DNA of 63,965 nt, filler included, from Vicugna vicugna (Eukaryota), in NCBI GenBank assembly GCA_013265495.1. It is 74 parts of 74 records of this genome, joined end to end, with 100 filler letters (N's around TTAATTAATTAA, not from the genome) between each part and the next. Parts side by side here need not be neighbours in the genome. Positions count along the whole stretch, not along the records: positions 22,761 to 23,758 come from MU062692.1; positions 23,859 to 24,724 come from MU062694.1; positions 24,825 to 25,557 come from MU062696.1; positions 25,658 to 26,812 come from MU062697.1; positions 26,913 to 27,387 come from PNXW01025624.1; positions 27,488 to 27,934 come from PNXW01025625.1; positions 28,035 to 28,578 come from MU062698.1; positions 28,679 to 29,409 come from PNXW01025628.1; 66 more parts are not named here. One strand, 5' to 3'. Positions 22,761-35,741 of this stretch are shown here, one piece after another (the stretch's first letter is position 1; the number at the start of each line of letters is the position of its first letter). Under the pieces are notes generated by a model that was not told where the DNA came from, searched no databases, and saw only the letters and a program-made list of their open reading frames with translations. The translations under genes were made by a program, and so were the position numbers.

Positions 22761-23758
22761 TTTAGCCAATGCATCTACATGGGAATTGGAGAAATTTTAC
22801 CTACATCCAGCAACGTTGGAATCCATGTGCCACCTCAAAGATTCCTGGACTCTGTTTCCCCACCTCCAGCACACACACTAGGTGGTGTTCTGGTATCCTG
22901 AGTGTGGGGAGACTCCTCAAACTGACAGCAGCACCTGGGATCTAATATAATCCCTATGTTTGACATCCTTCAGTGTTTTCCTAGGCCGGGCTCTGAGCCT
23001 AGGTGGGGGTTGGGCTCTAAAGCCAAGAGCATGTGTGTCTCTATGTTCAGTGGAGGTGTTTAAACTACATCCAAACCTGGGAACACCTGTGCCCTCATGA
23101 AGATGCGTGGAGACCATCTCCAGCACACACACGAAAATTTGTTCAGGTATCCAGAGAGTGGGGAAGATTTTCCAAATGACAGCAGTGCCTGGGTTCAAAT
23201 AAAACCCCTTAGCTTGTATTTCCTGTGTGTTTCCCTACGCCGGACTGCGAGGGAAACCTGGGGGTTGGGATTGGAGTCCATGTAGCATCGAGTGCCTCCA
23301 TTGGACTGAGGAAATATTTTGAGGAATTCTCCCTAACGTGGAACACCTGTGNNNNNNNNNNNNNNNNNNNNNNNNNNNNNNNNNNNNNNNNNNNNNNNNN
23401 NNNNNNNNNNNNNNNNNNNNNNNNNNNNNNNNNNNNNNNNNNNNNNNNNNNNNNNNNNNNNNNNNNNNNNNNNNNNNNNNNNNNNNNNNNNNNNNNNNNN
23501 NNNNNNNNNNNNNNNNNNNNNNNNNNNNNNNNNNNNNNNNNNNNNNNNNNNNNNNNNNNNNNNNNNNNNNNNNNNNNNNNNNNNNNNNNNNNNNNNNNNN
23601 NNNNNNNNNNNNNNNNNNNNNNNNNNNNNNNNNNNNNNNNNNNNNNNNNNNNNNNNATAATTATTATCCTAAGTGTGGGGAGGCTCCTTAAACTGACAGC
23701 AGCACTTGGGATATAATAGAATCTCTGGAATTGACATCCCTGATTGTTTCCTTTGGCG
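22761..23758 (+). repeat. Satellite B
   Basis: CCTGAGTGTGGGGAGACTCCTCAAACTGACAGCAGCACCTGGGATCTAAT and related monomers. Confidence 0.88.
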
Positions 23759-24824
23759 NNNNNNNNNNNNNNNNNNNNNNNNNNNNNNNNNNNNNNNNNN
23801 NNTTAATTAATTAANNNNNNNNNNNNNNNNNNNNNNNNNNNNNNNNNNNNNNNNNNNNGTGCCAATCTTGTTCTTGGTGCAGATCCTGCATTCTCAGCTC
23901 CCTTTGTCTACCTCCTTTTACTTAAAAAGAGAGATGCCTAGCTGTTTTCTATAGCTTAATGCATAATTAATGAAATAAATATTTCATCCCATCCAAGGAA
24001 AAATTTTCAAGAGTACAGCTGTTAAAAATTAGATAATATTCAATCAGTTTATCAGAAACAGATAACAGATTAGTAATTTGAATTTCAAAAGTTCAAAGCC
24101 AATCTGTGTGATATGGAGAAGCATTGCGCTATGACATAAAGCTGAGACAGTCTTACCTTCCCTTACCAACAAGCTTTTAAGTAAGGTAAAGGAAAAGTTG
24201 TATTTAATTTAAATACTGCCAAAGGACACTACATTTATGGTTCCATAATTTTTTTTTTCTCTCTGAGGGAAGGAAAATGAAGAATGAGTGCTAGATTAAT
24301 AAGTTCTCAAAGCTGCCTGTCTCTTAGAATTTCAGTTAATTGAAATGAGGTAAAAAGGCTGATTTTGGTAAACTGACTATTTCTAGTTGTTTTTCAATTA
24401 TTAGACTTCAAATCCTNNNNNNNNNNNNNNNNNNNNNNNNNNNNNNNNNNNNNNNNNNNNNNNNNNNNNNNNNNNNNNNNNNNNNNNNNNNNNNNNNNNA
24501 CTGTAATTGAACTCTGAAGTATCTTCCTTCTCATTAGTTCTTAGGTCTTTCAGTTATCTGCTTCTCATCAGCACTTTATTAATAAGTCATTAATAAGTTA
24601 ATCTCAATGTTGGTTACATTTCAGTTTATAGGAGACCAATTTCTACTATATTCAAGTTACATTTCTTACTGTTGTTTTTATCCACTTTTCTGTTTATCTG
24701 TTTTTGCCTAACAAACTCCCCAAANNNNNNNNNNNNNNNNNNNNNNNNNNNNNNNNNNNNNNNNNNNNTTAATTAATTAANNNNNNNNNNNNNNNNNNNN
24801 NNNNNNNNNNNNNNNNNNNNNNNN

Positions 24825-25557
24825 TCTTCAGTCACAGGTGTTCCCTGTTCGGAGAAGTCCGAGAAAACCTTCCCTGACCTTGGTGAGGCAGTCTCTGTCA
24901 CTGCGATATCCTGCAAACCCCCCTAGCATTCCCTGGCACAGAGACATTAGGAAAACCCTCAGGGGAGACGAGCTTAGGCTTTCCGTTAGAACCCACGCGC
25001 TGCCGACCGTTGGTGGNNNNNNNNNNNNNNNNNNNNNNNNNNNNNNNNNNNNNNNNNNNNNNNNNNNNNNNNNNNNNNNNNNNNNNNNNNNNNNNNNNNN
25101 NNNNNNNNNNNNNNNNNNNNNNNNNNNNNNNNNNNNNNNNNNNNNNNNNNNNNNNNNNNNNNNNNNNNNNNNNNNNNNNNNNNNNNNNNNNNNNNNNNNN
25201 NNNNNNNNNNNNNNNNNNNNNNNNNNNNNNNNNNNNNNNNNNNNNNNNNNNNNNNNNNNNNNNNNNNNNNNNNNNNNNNNNNNNNNNNNNNNNNNNNNNN
25301 NNNNNCATTGTCAGTGCGTGGGGGAGCTCGAGAGAAAACTCCACGCAAATCTCTTCAGTCACAGGTGTTCCCTGTTTGGGGAAGTCCGAGAAATACCTTC
25401 CCTGACCTTGGGGAGTCAGCCTCTGTCACTGCGATATCCTGCAAACCCCCATAACATTCCCTGGCACAGAGACATTAGGGAAACTCTCAGGGGAGACGAG
25501 CTTAGGCTTTGGGTTAGAACCCATGCGCTGTCGACCGTTGGTGGAACCTCCACACGC
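24825..25557 (-). repeat. Satellite A (opposite orientation)
   Basis: Reverse complement of the 267-bp monomer. Confidence 0.95.
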
Positions 25558-25657
25558 NNNNNNNNNNNNNNNNNNNNNNNNNNNNNNNNNNNNNNNNNNN
25601 NTTAATTAATTAANNNNNNNNNNNNNNNNNNNNNNNNNNNNNNNNNNNNNNNNNNNN

Positions 25658-26812
25658 GGTCTATCTCCATTTGCTGGTGTTGCCTTTGTTGTGATGAACA
25701 CCGCATACTTCTACATTCATAACCTTTGCTGTGATTATGATTTTGTTTGAGGCTCAGGATGTGCAACAGCTCTGTGGTTGCCTTCGTGCACCCGTGCCAC
25801 ATGGATGAGAGGACAAGGAAGTGTGGTCGAAGACCACAGCGTGAGAAGAGGAAGGATTTCCTTCACTTTATCTCTCAAAAGCGGATGCGAATTTTTGGAT
25901 GGCACCAGCACGGTTCGGCAGCGAGGACACCAAGTTCGGGCTGCGGGATCATTCCAGCAGGCCCTGATGTGTGACATCCATAGATATGCTTCCACTGGTG
26001 TTTCTGTAGACAGAGAAGCTCTTGGAAGAACTGGTTTCAGTGGGACATTCCNNNNNNNNNNNNNNNNNNNNNNNNNNNNNNNNNNNNNNNNNNNNNNNNN
26101 NNNNNNNNNNNNNNNNNNNNNNNNNNNNNNNNNNNNNNNNNNNNNNNNNNNNNNNNNNNNNNNNNNNNNNNNNNNNNNNNNNNNNNNNNNNNNNNNNNNN
26201 NNNNNNNNNNNNNNNNNNNNNNNNNNNNNNNNNNNNNNNNNNNNNNNNNNNNNNNNNNNNNNNNNNNNNNNNNNNNNNNNNNAAGTGTGGTCGAAGACCA
26301 CAGCGTGAGAAGAGGAAGGATTTCCTTCACTTTATCTCTCAAAAGCGGATGCGAAATTTTGGATGGCACCGGCACGGTTCGGCAGCGAGGACACCAAGTT
26401 CGTGCTGCAGGATCATTCCAGCAGGCCCTGATGTGTGACATCCATAGATATGCTTCCACTGGTGTTTCTGTAGACAGAGAAGCTCTTGGAAGAACTGGTT
26501 TCATTGGAACTTTCCCGTGGAACTACAAAGCACAAGCGCACTCACACTATGCTTTCTGGAAACACTCCAAAATAACATAGAGTAGAATGAAGAGCTGAGA
26601 AATTTTAGAAGCTCCATTTCCACCAGAGGAAGTGTCCTGTGCTCTTTCAGATTTGTGAGATAAGCGTAATCAAAATGAGGTTATCCTAATCGAAATAGTA
26701 TGGGGTGTTCATCACAACAAAGGCAACACCAGCAACAGGAGATAGACCAGACAACACAAACAGGAAAAGGACATGGCATCAAAGTCTAGGAAAATTTGTC
26801 CTCACAGAAATC
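25658..26812. repeat. Unclassified element: internal direct repeat bracketed by an inverted repeat
   Basis: 25819-26051 is repeated at 26283-26515; 25658-25717 is the reverse complement of ~26688-26748. Confidence 0.85.
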
Positions 26813-26912
26813 NNNNNNNNNNNNNNNNNNNNNNNNNNNNNNNNNNNNNNNNNNNNTTAATTAATTAANNNNNNNNNNNNNNNNNNNNNNNNNNNNNNNN
26901 NNNNNNNNNNNN

Positions 26913-27387
26913 ACAGCTATGGGAGGAGAACCGTGAAGTCAGCTCTTTGCAGGTGGAATTGGAAGTGCCCTTGAGACGTCTAAGTGCAGTGTCACAATCA
27001 CAGAGGAGGTCTGGGCCCGGGCTGTGCATTTTCCTATAATCTCAATCCCTGGGGATGCCGAGGTATTGATCACTGAATGTGAAGACATACTTTACAGGAC
27101 AAGTGAATAGTAGTATCATCTCTGTCATCAAAGCTCACGTCTTTTTCATCACTCACTTTGCTAATTCGGTACTTACAGAGCTCACTTCACCATCTACCCG
27201 TGGGCTCAGGCTCCACAGATTAGTCTCCCTCTTTTCAAGAAGACACATTTAGCTTGTAGCCTTCTGTACCTCAACAGACTTAGAATTTTAGTTTGTTTAT
27301 TTAATTCTATTTTCTGTTGGCCATCTCCTGACAGGAGAAACATTTTACCTCATGGTCAGGTTTCAATTAGCTGTTACCGAGAATTGC
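26913..27387 (+). repeat. Low-copy segment F, further copy
   Basis: ~27016-27101 matches 5470-5556. Confidence 0.75.
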
Positions 27388-28678
27388 NNNNNNNNNNNNN
27401 NNNNNNNNNNNNNNNNNNNNNNNNNNNNNNNTTAATTAATTAANNNNNNNNNNNNNNNNNNNNNNNNNNNNNNNNNNNNNNNNNNNNACAGCTTCCTGAA
27501 ATCCTCCCCACCCGTCCTGATGAGCCAGGTGTTTGGCGTTTCTCTGGAAATTTCTAGGCGCAGCCTGGAACTCAAAGGTAAAAATTAAAAACTGCAGTCA
27601 GGCAGCAAAGATCCTGGCAGGATGCGTTGGACAAAAGTAGGTCAGAATCAACAAGGAATGGGGAGGGGATAGAACGTGTGCTGAGGACCCTGACTTCAAG
27701 GGTGGATTGTCTGTGTTGAGGAATCTGAGTCAGTATGAGTAGATGGATTGGTGTGGAATAAAATGGTGGCCATTGTTAAGATAAGAGAATGATTTGGACT
27801 TATTTATTAGAGGAGGTTTTTTTTTCCCCTTCAACATTTATCATTTCTAGGGAGAAGTAAAATACTCTGCAACACAACATCTAAGTGCAAAAGAGATGTT
27901 ACGGGATGATGGTGGTATGAAAAATTTCAGTTCTNNNNNNNNNNNNNNNNNNNNNNNNNNNNNNNNNNNNNNNNNNNNTTAATTAATTAANNNNNNNNNN
28001 NNNNNNNNNNNNNNNNNNNNNNNNNNNNNNNNNNTGCTTTGCTGTCCCTCAGTTTATCCACATTGGGGTTTTCCTTATTCTCAGAGCCAGCTCTTCTGAA
28101 GTGCTCCCTCCCAGGGGTCACTCTCCCTGCGTTCCTGCCTGTTTTAGGTGTGACCGAACTTGATCATTGGGTGTCCTAAAGGCTAGAAGGTCCCAAAGCA
28201 AAAGGGGCTTTTGTGAGAGTGGATGCTATGCCCGAAGCCTGGAACAGCAGCAGGGGCCTTGGGGACCTGCCGGGGTGAGACTGCCCACGTAGGGGTGGCG
28301 GCCCTGCTGGGGTGGGGTTGGGTGGGATACTGGTCAGTGTCACAGTCCCGGGGCAGCTCCGTGTACTGGGAATGGCTCCCTCTCCAGGCCTCAGTAAAGA
28401 TCCCCAAAGCCTGGCTCTAACTTATCCTAGAAGAATATTTGACCTCATTCATCTCCCAATTAACTGTAGATGGAAGGCAGCAGGTATTCGGATAAAGTGA
28501 CGCTGTTTCTTTTGGGGAGATATTTTGGAAGCGTAGTTCTCCTTGAAGATACGTTACTAGTGTGTGTGGTTGTGTTTTNNNNNNNNNNNNNNNNNNNNNN
28601 NNNNNNNNNNNNNNNNNNNNNNTTAATTAATTAANNNNNNNNNNNNNNNNNNNNNNNNNNNNNNNNNNNNNNNNNNNN

Positions 28679-29409
28679 AATATAGAATAGAAAATGCAAA
28701 ACACAGAATATAGAATATAGAATACAGAATTCAGAAAATAGAATGAAGAATACACAATGAAAAATACAGAATATTGAATATAGAATACAGGATACAGAAT
28801 ATAAAATGTAGAAAATAGATTGTAAATAACAGAATATAGAGTATAGAATGAAAAATACAGAACCCAGATTATAGAAATTGGAATTCAGAACACAAAATTT
28901 AGAATATTGAATAAAGAATATAGAATGTAGAAAACAGAATGTAGAATAAAGAACAGAGAATATAGAACACAGAATACAGAATATAGACTGTAGAATATAG
29001 AATGTAGAACACAGAATATATATTATAGAATACAAAATACAGAACGTAGGATATATAATACAGAACGTAGGATATATAATGTAGAACACAGAATATAGTA
29101 TATAGAATACACGATGCAGAACACAGAATTTTGAAAATGGAATTGAGAACACAGAATATAGAATAATACAGAATACAGAATAATGAATGTAGAATGTAGA
29201 ATGTGTAAAACAATATATAGATTACTGTATACAGAATACAGAAACCAGAATTTAGAACATAGAGTTCAGAACACACAATGTAGAATACAGGGTACAGAAT
29301 ATAGAATGTAGAATATAGAAATTAGAAAACAGAATATAGAGTATAAAATACTGCACACAGAAAGCAGAATTTTTAATATGCAATGCAGAACAGAGAATAT
29401 AGAATATAG
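28679..29409 (-). repeat. Satellite E
   Basis: (TAGAATA/CAGAATA)n. Confidence 0.92.
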
Positions 29410-29509
29410 NNNNNNNNNNNNNNNNNNNNNNNNNNNNNNNNNNNNNNNNNNNNTTAATTAATTAANNNNNNNNNNNNNNNNNNNNNNNNNNNNNNNNNNN
29501 NNNNNNNNN

Positions 29510-30209
29510 GGAGCAGCTAAGAAGGACTGGTGCTCATTCACTGTGTCTCCCCTCACCAACTGAGATTTCAGCAGGAAGGAGTGGGAGCCTCCAAGGCTTG
29601 GACCTTTACAGAGTATAAGTTGACTGACAGAACTAAGTTAAACAGGCACACAGAATCCCTGTGACACCCAGCTGAAGATGCAGCCCGGAAGCTGGGGGCA
29701 GGACCGTGCTGCTCGAGCTGGGTTGTAGATGGGAATTGCAGCACTGTGGCGGCCCTGGGAAATGGAGTGGGCTTTGTGCCATGGCTAGGGGGGAAGGGTC
29801 CCCATCTCTGAAAATCCACAAAAGTCTGTAGGTGAAGAGAGCTGGGGCTCAGACACAGCCACCATAGCCACTGGTGCTTTGCCCCCAGGCAGCAGTGGGG
29901 GCAAACCCTACCCTGCNNNNNNNNNNNNNNNNNNNNNNNNNNNNNNNNNNNNNNNNNNNNNNNNNNNNNNNNNNNNNNNNNNNNNNNNNNNNNNNNNNNN
30001 NNNNNNNNNNNNNNNNNNNNNNNNNNNNNNNNNNNNNNNNNNNNNNNNNNNNNNNNNNNNNNNNNNNNNNNNNNNNNNNNNAGACCAGGGACTGTTCCTC
30101 AGTCTTCCATGAGCCCCCTTCCGGTGTGCAAAACTGAGGCAGAGAGTACATTGGCACAGAGCAGCAGAGTGATCGGCAACCTGAGGGGGCAGATGGCCCC
30201 TCCCCTCAA
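29510..30209 (+). mobile_element. Probable LINE-1 5'UTR (older, CpG-decayed copy)
   Basis: Reverse-complement homologous to ~38330-38710; L1 identity is from recognition. Confidence 0.5.
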
Positions 30210-31811
30210 NNNNNNNNNNNNNNNNNNNNNNNNNNNNNNNNNNNNNNNNNNNNTTAATTAATTAANNNNNNNNNNNNNNNNNNNNNNNNNNNNNNNNNNN
30301 NNNNNNNNNATGCTGTTTAACAACATGACAAAGACCTATTATATGGAATTGATTTCACAGAAATAAAATTATTTCTAATCCCTCAAGACTTTTTTCTTTT
30401 CTATTTTATTTTGTTTTGCTTATTGAAAAGAAAATAAAAGTCAAATCATTTTATTTCACGTATTTTTTATAGCTACATAATGTAAATACTACAAAAATAT
30501 TTAAATTGCAATAAAAATTGTTCATATATTTGTATAAAGATATATAAAAAAGATATATAAACAATCAATGCAGATTAGGAAAGGAGTAGATATTTACTAA
30601 AAATCTACTGCACATCCAGTCTTTTACAAGCATATCCTGGAATATAAGCTCTATTATCCAGGAGTCCCCCACCCCCATTCTCACTGCCGATTCCCTTAGT
30701 AATCAACTACCAAGGCACCAGCATAGAACAATGCGATCACTATTTTAGGTATAAATGGAGGAATTAGCTCATTCAATTCTAAAAGAGAAACCTTAAAATA
30801 AACACTGAACTTATTTACAGATACACAAATTTGGACAGAAAAAAGTACAGTTTCTCCCCCAAGACACAAAGATAATAATTGGTAAAGGCAAGATTTGAAC
30901 TAATCTGCCTGATTATAAAGCTAAGGTGGAAATCCCCTTCGACTGTGTAGGTCCAGCAGCACAGCCCATCACCCTATCTTTGTTCAGATCTGGCTTTAGA
31001 CAGCCTGAGACAGCACCCCANNNNNNNNNNNNNNNNNNNNNNNNNNNNNNNNNNNNNNNNNNNNNNNNNNNNNNNNNNNNNNNNNNNNNNNNNNNNNNNN
31101 NNNNNNNNNNNNNNNNNNNNNNNNNNNNNNNNNNNNNNNNNNNNNNNNNNNNNNNNNNNNNNNNNNNNNNNNNNNNNNNNNNNNNNNNNNNNNNNNNNNN
31201 NNNNNNNNNNNNNNNNNNNNNNNNNNNNNNNNNNNNNNNNNNNNNNNNNNNNNNNNNNNNNNNNNNNNNNNNNNNNNNNNNNNNNNNNNNNNNNNNNNNN
31301 NNNNNNNNNNNNNNNNNNNNNNNNNNNNNNNNNNNNNNNNNNNNNNNNNNNNNNNNNNNNNNNNNNNNNNNNNGACTCTATGCTGTCTTAAGTCCTTTAC
31401 AACTAAAATATGATGACACCAATATCTCAGCGGAATGTCTATGTCTCCACTTTCTCTCTTCTATTAGGAGACTATATCTATGGCCACAAACAGAAATTCA
31501 ATTAAAAACACCATGCACGAAGCCTGGTGAAACTCTGTGCAAGAGACATTGTTCTCACTCTCTGTGAATGAAATCTCAGAAAAAGNNNNNNNNNNNNNNN
31601 NNNNNNNNNNNNNNNNNNNNNNNNNNNNNTTAATTAATTAANNNNNNNNNNNNNNNNNNNNNNNNNNNNNNNNNNNNNNNNNNNNGGGAACATGACTGAG
31701 ACCTATTTGATGCCTCCGTGTCCTTTCTGCATTCATCAATTATTTGCCCTCTCAGCATGACAAGTGATGAACTGGACCCCTTATTAAGTGCACTCAGAAG
31801 GCAGAGCTTTT

Positions 31812-32196
31812 AAAGCTGTTTTATGAAGTTTGTAAGACTCTGTCTATGCCTCACACAGGCGGTCATCCATTACTTCTCACCGGTGTGGACGTACCACCTG
31901 AAATCACTCCTTTCTGCTTTTTAAAATCCCTTCATCTAATCCAGACTTTTCAAAAGCTCAACCAAAGACAGTGGACAGCTTTTCACCAAATGGACTCTAA
32001 CAGCCCATCGGACTACCTGGAAGCCCTTTTCTTCTATTAATCCTGCTTCCAGGTACTTAATCATTTTCTGGTTGGTGGACTTGGCCTCTGACTGGCCTAC
32101 TCAGAGAGCTCCCAGCCTCACATCCGGGGGTGGGAGAGAACCCCGCTCTTGGGGGATATCAGTGAGGAAGGTGGAAATCCTCCAGCCAGGTCTGCA
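31812..32196 (+). repeat. Low-copy duplicated segment H
   Basis: Matches 47803-48196 with substitutions and a short indel. Confidence 0.85.
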
Positions 32197-32296
32197 NNNN
32201 NNNNNNNNNNNNNNNNNNNNNNNNNNNNNNNNNNNNNNNNTTAATTAATTAANNNNNNNNNNNNNNNNNNNNNNNNNNNNNNNNNNNNNNNNNNNN

Positions 32297-32899
32297 GTTG
32301 GAGCTTGTACCTCCCCATATATATGTATGGAATGGAGATGGTAACTGAAAAGAAACTTTGTATTCCCTCAAGCTAGTTGAAGGACGGCTTTCACACACAC
32401 TTATCTCTCAGAACTGAGCATGTGGAGGGACGTTCGTTCATCTAGCACCAAGGGAACGGGTTGCAGGAGAAACACTTACTCTGGTTTCNNNNNNNNNNNN
32501 NNNNNNNNNNNNNNNNNNNNNNNNNNNNNNNNNNNNNNNNNNNNNNNNNNNNNNNNNNNNNNNNNNNNNNNNNNNNNNNNNNNNNNNGGATTTGGCAACT
32601 GAAAAGAAACTTTGCGTTCCCTTCAAGCTAGGTAAAGGACCGCTTTCACACACACTTATCTCTCAGAACTGAGCATGTGGAGAGACGTTCGTTCATCCAG
32701 CAGCAAGGGAACGGGTTGCAGGACAAACACTTAATCTGGGTTCTGAGTCTGTTTCCAAATGCCGGTTTGAAGTGCCTGCCGTTTTCACTGTAAAACTGAG
32801 TTGGAGCTTGTACTTCCTGATATATAGGTATGGAGTGGAGATGGCAACTGAAAGGAAACTTTCTGTTCCCTTCAAGATAAGTGAAGGACGGCTTTCACA
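32297..32899 (+). repeat. Satellite C (249-bp monomer)
   Basis: AACTGAAA(A/G)GAAACTTT at 32597 and 32846 gives a period of 249. Confidence 0.95.
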
Positions 32900-32999
32900 N
32901 NNNNNNNNNNNNNNNNNNNNNNNNNNNNNNNNNNNNNNNNNNNTTAATTAATTAANNNNNNNNNNNNNNNNNNNNNNNNNNNNNNNNNNNNNNNNNNNN

Positions 33000-33838
33000 T
33001 ACATCTGATCAAAGGCTTGCACCCAGGATACAAAAAGGACTCTGTCAATTCAATCATAAGAAGACAACCCAATTTGAAAATGGGCAAAAACTTAAACAGA
33101 CAGGTCTTCAAAGAACATACACAAATAGATAAGCTCATGAAAAGATCCCCAACATTCTTAGTCATCAGAAAAATGCAAATCAAAGCCACAACAAGATGCC
33201 AGTTCACACCTACCAGGAGAGCTGATGACCAGTGGTGACAGGAATGCATAGAAATTGGGAGAATTATACACTTTGGATAAAAATGTTAGATGGTGCAGCC
33301 ACTCTGGAAAACAGTATGGCAGGGCCTCAAAAGGTTAAACAGAGTTACCATATGACCCATGTGACAGCATTTCCATCCTTAAGTATATTCCCCAAAGAAG
33401 TGGAAACATGTTTACACCAAAACTTGGGACAGCAAGTCCCAATGTTCACAGCAGCATTATTAGCAATAGCCAAAAAGCAGAGGCAACCCAAAGGTCCATC
33501 AACTGATGGATGGATAAATGGTTTAGCCCCACAACCGAGTACTGTTCGACAATAAACAGAAATGGAAATACTGACAAGCGCTGTAACATGGATGAANNNN
33601 NNNNNNNNNNNNNNNNNNNNNNNNNNNNNNNNNNNNNNNNNNNNNNNNNNNNNNNNNNNNNNNNNNNNNNNNNNNNNNNNNNNNNNNNNNNNNNNNNNNN
33701 NNNNNNNNNNNNNNNNNNNNNNNNNNNNNNNNNNNNNNNNNNNNNNNNNNNNNNNNNNNNNNNNNNNNNNNNNNTTCTTGTTGGTGGGAATGTTCTAAAA
33801 TTGATCGTGGTGACAGCTGCACATCTCTGAATATACTA
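33000..33838 (+). mobile_element. Old LINE-1 (L1M-like) ORF2 end and 3'UTR
   Basis: KMGKNLNRQVFKE..LVIRKMQIKATTR; CAACCCAAAGGTCCATCAACTGATGGATGGATAAA. Confidence 0.88.
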
Positions 33839-33986
33839 GGAGATACGTGAATATTTTTCTTTTTTGGTGGAGGGAAGTAATTAAGTNNNNNNNNNNNNNN
33901 NNNNNNNNNNNNNNNNNNNNNNNNNNNNNNTTAATTAATTAANNNNNNNNNNNNNNNNNNNNNNNNNNNNNNNNNNNNNNNNNNNN

Positions 33987-34433
33987 AGCGTGGGGAGGTT
34001 CCACCAATGGTCGGCAGCGCTTTGGTTCTAATGGGGTGCCTAAGCTTGTCTCCCGTGAATATTTTCCTAATGTCTCTGTGCCAGGGAATGCTAGGGGTGA
34101 TTGCATTATATCCCAGTGACCGAGGCTGCCTCCACAAGGTCAGGGAAGTTATATCCCAGAATTCCACGAACAGGGAACACCTGTGACTGAAGAGAGCTGC
34201 GTGGAATTGTCTCTCCAGCTCACCAACGCACTGACAATGGTTCCGGAATCCTGAGAGGGGAGGTTCAAGGTCGGCAGCGCGTGGGTTCTACGGAATGCCT
34301 AAGCTCGTCTCCCCTGACGGTTTTCCTAATTTGTCTGTGCTAGGGAATTGTAGGGTGTTTTGCAGGATATCACCGTGACATACGCTGACACCGCAAGGTC
34401 ATGGAAGTTATTTCCCTGACATCCCCGAACAGG
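33987..34433 (+). repeat. Satellite A
   Basis: Monomer motifs; second unit carries small deletions. Confidence 0.93.
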
Positions 34434-34533
34434 NNNNNNNNNNNNNNNNNNNNNNNNNNNNNNNNNNNNNNNNNNNNTTAATTAATTAANNNNNNNNNNN
34501 NNNNNNNNNNNNNNNNNNNNNNNNNNNNNNNNN

Positions 34534-34977
34534 AAGATGCTACCAAGTCAAAGTAAATAATTCAGAGTGCATAAGTAACATGTTTGATGGTTGATACATC
34601 AGACATGTGGATGTTCACAACTCAGAAATGCATGTTTGAGGAATTCGTGATGCATGAAACATGTTCGTTATACGGAATTCCATGGTTATGTAAACAATGT
34701 AAATTACATGTGTATTGGTGAGAATTCGCTCAAAGAGNNNNNNNNNNNNNNNNNNNNNNNNNNNNNNNNNNNNNNNNNNNNNNNNNNNNNNNNNNNNNNN
34801 NNNNNNNNNNNNNNNNNNNNNNNNNNATGCCTTGTATGGTGGATGAAAGTTCAATAATCCACATGCTCACAACTCAGAGACTCATGTTTTCGTATCTGTC
34901 ATGCATGTAGCATGTACGGAACCCGGGAATTCCATGTTGTTGGAATGCATGTAAATTGCATATCTGTTAGGTGGAAA
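34534..34977 (+). repeat. Satellite D
   Basis: ACAACTCAGAAATGCATGTTTGAGGAAT..GGTTATGTAAACAATGTAAATTACAT. Confidence 0.92.
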
Positions 34978-35279
34978 NNNNNNNNNNNNNNNNNNNNNNN
35001 NNNNNNNNNNNNNNNNNNNNNTTAATTAATTAANNNNNNNNNNNNNNNNNNNNNNNNNNNNNNNNNNNNNNNNNNNNGCAAACTACCAGAAAACAAAAGC
35101 AAGGACTCCAAATACCAATCTGTTTTATAGTGTCATCACAGCAATAATTTACCAGGATCATGACCAGTCACAGTAAATTTATAGGCCAAGCACACACACA
35201 GACTCCGACACAGACACAGACACAGACACACACGCACAGGCAAACACACACACAATATCAACCCTGCAGCAAACAATCT

Positions 35280-35641
35280 TAACATCATGGAATATTGCTG
35301 TATAACTAATAGAGAATACAAAGAGATGTCATAGAGAAACTCAATACAAAAANNNNNNNNNNNNNNNNNNNNNNNCTCAGGAATAAAATAAATGATGATA
35401 AGGTATACATAACCTAAGAGTCTGAAACTATGAAACAATCAAACATTATTGGAGGACCAGTTGAACTTAATAAATGATATGAAGAATGCAACAGAAAGCA
35501 TTGGAAGAAGACTGTCTTGTGGAAGAGAGATTAGCAAACTCACCAATAAACAACAAGAAATGATAGGAGAGGGGAGAGATTCAAGATATTAAAATCTGAG
35601 GAAATTCTAAAATAGCCATCAGACTTCTTAAGGAAGTGTAC
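35280..35641 (+). mobile_element. Old LINE-1 ORF1 remnant
   Basis: A-rich; MKNATESIGRR / EERLANS-like degraded coiled coil. Confidence 0.5.
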
Positions 35642-35741
35642 NNNNNNNNNNNNNNNNNNNNNNNNNNNNNNNNNNNNNNNNNNNNTTAATTAATTAANNN
35701 NNNNNNNNNNNNNNNNNNNNNNNNNNNNNNNNNNNNNNNNN

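Noticed and set aside
23859..23935. Possible minus-strand exon after a polypyrimidine-AG
   Set aside because: Only ~60 bp before the contig ends and the peptide is not recognisable.
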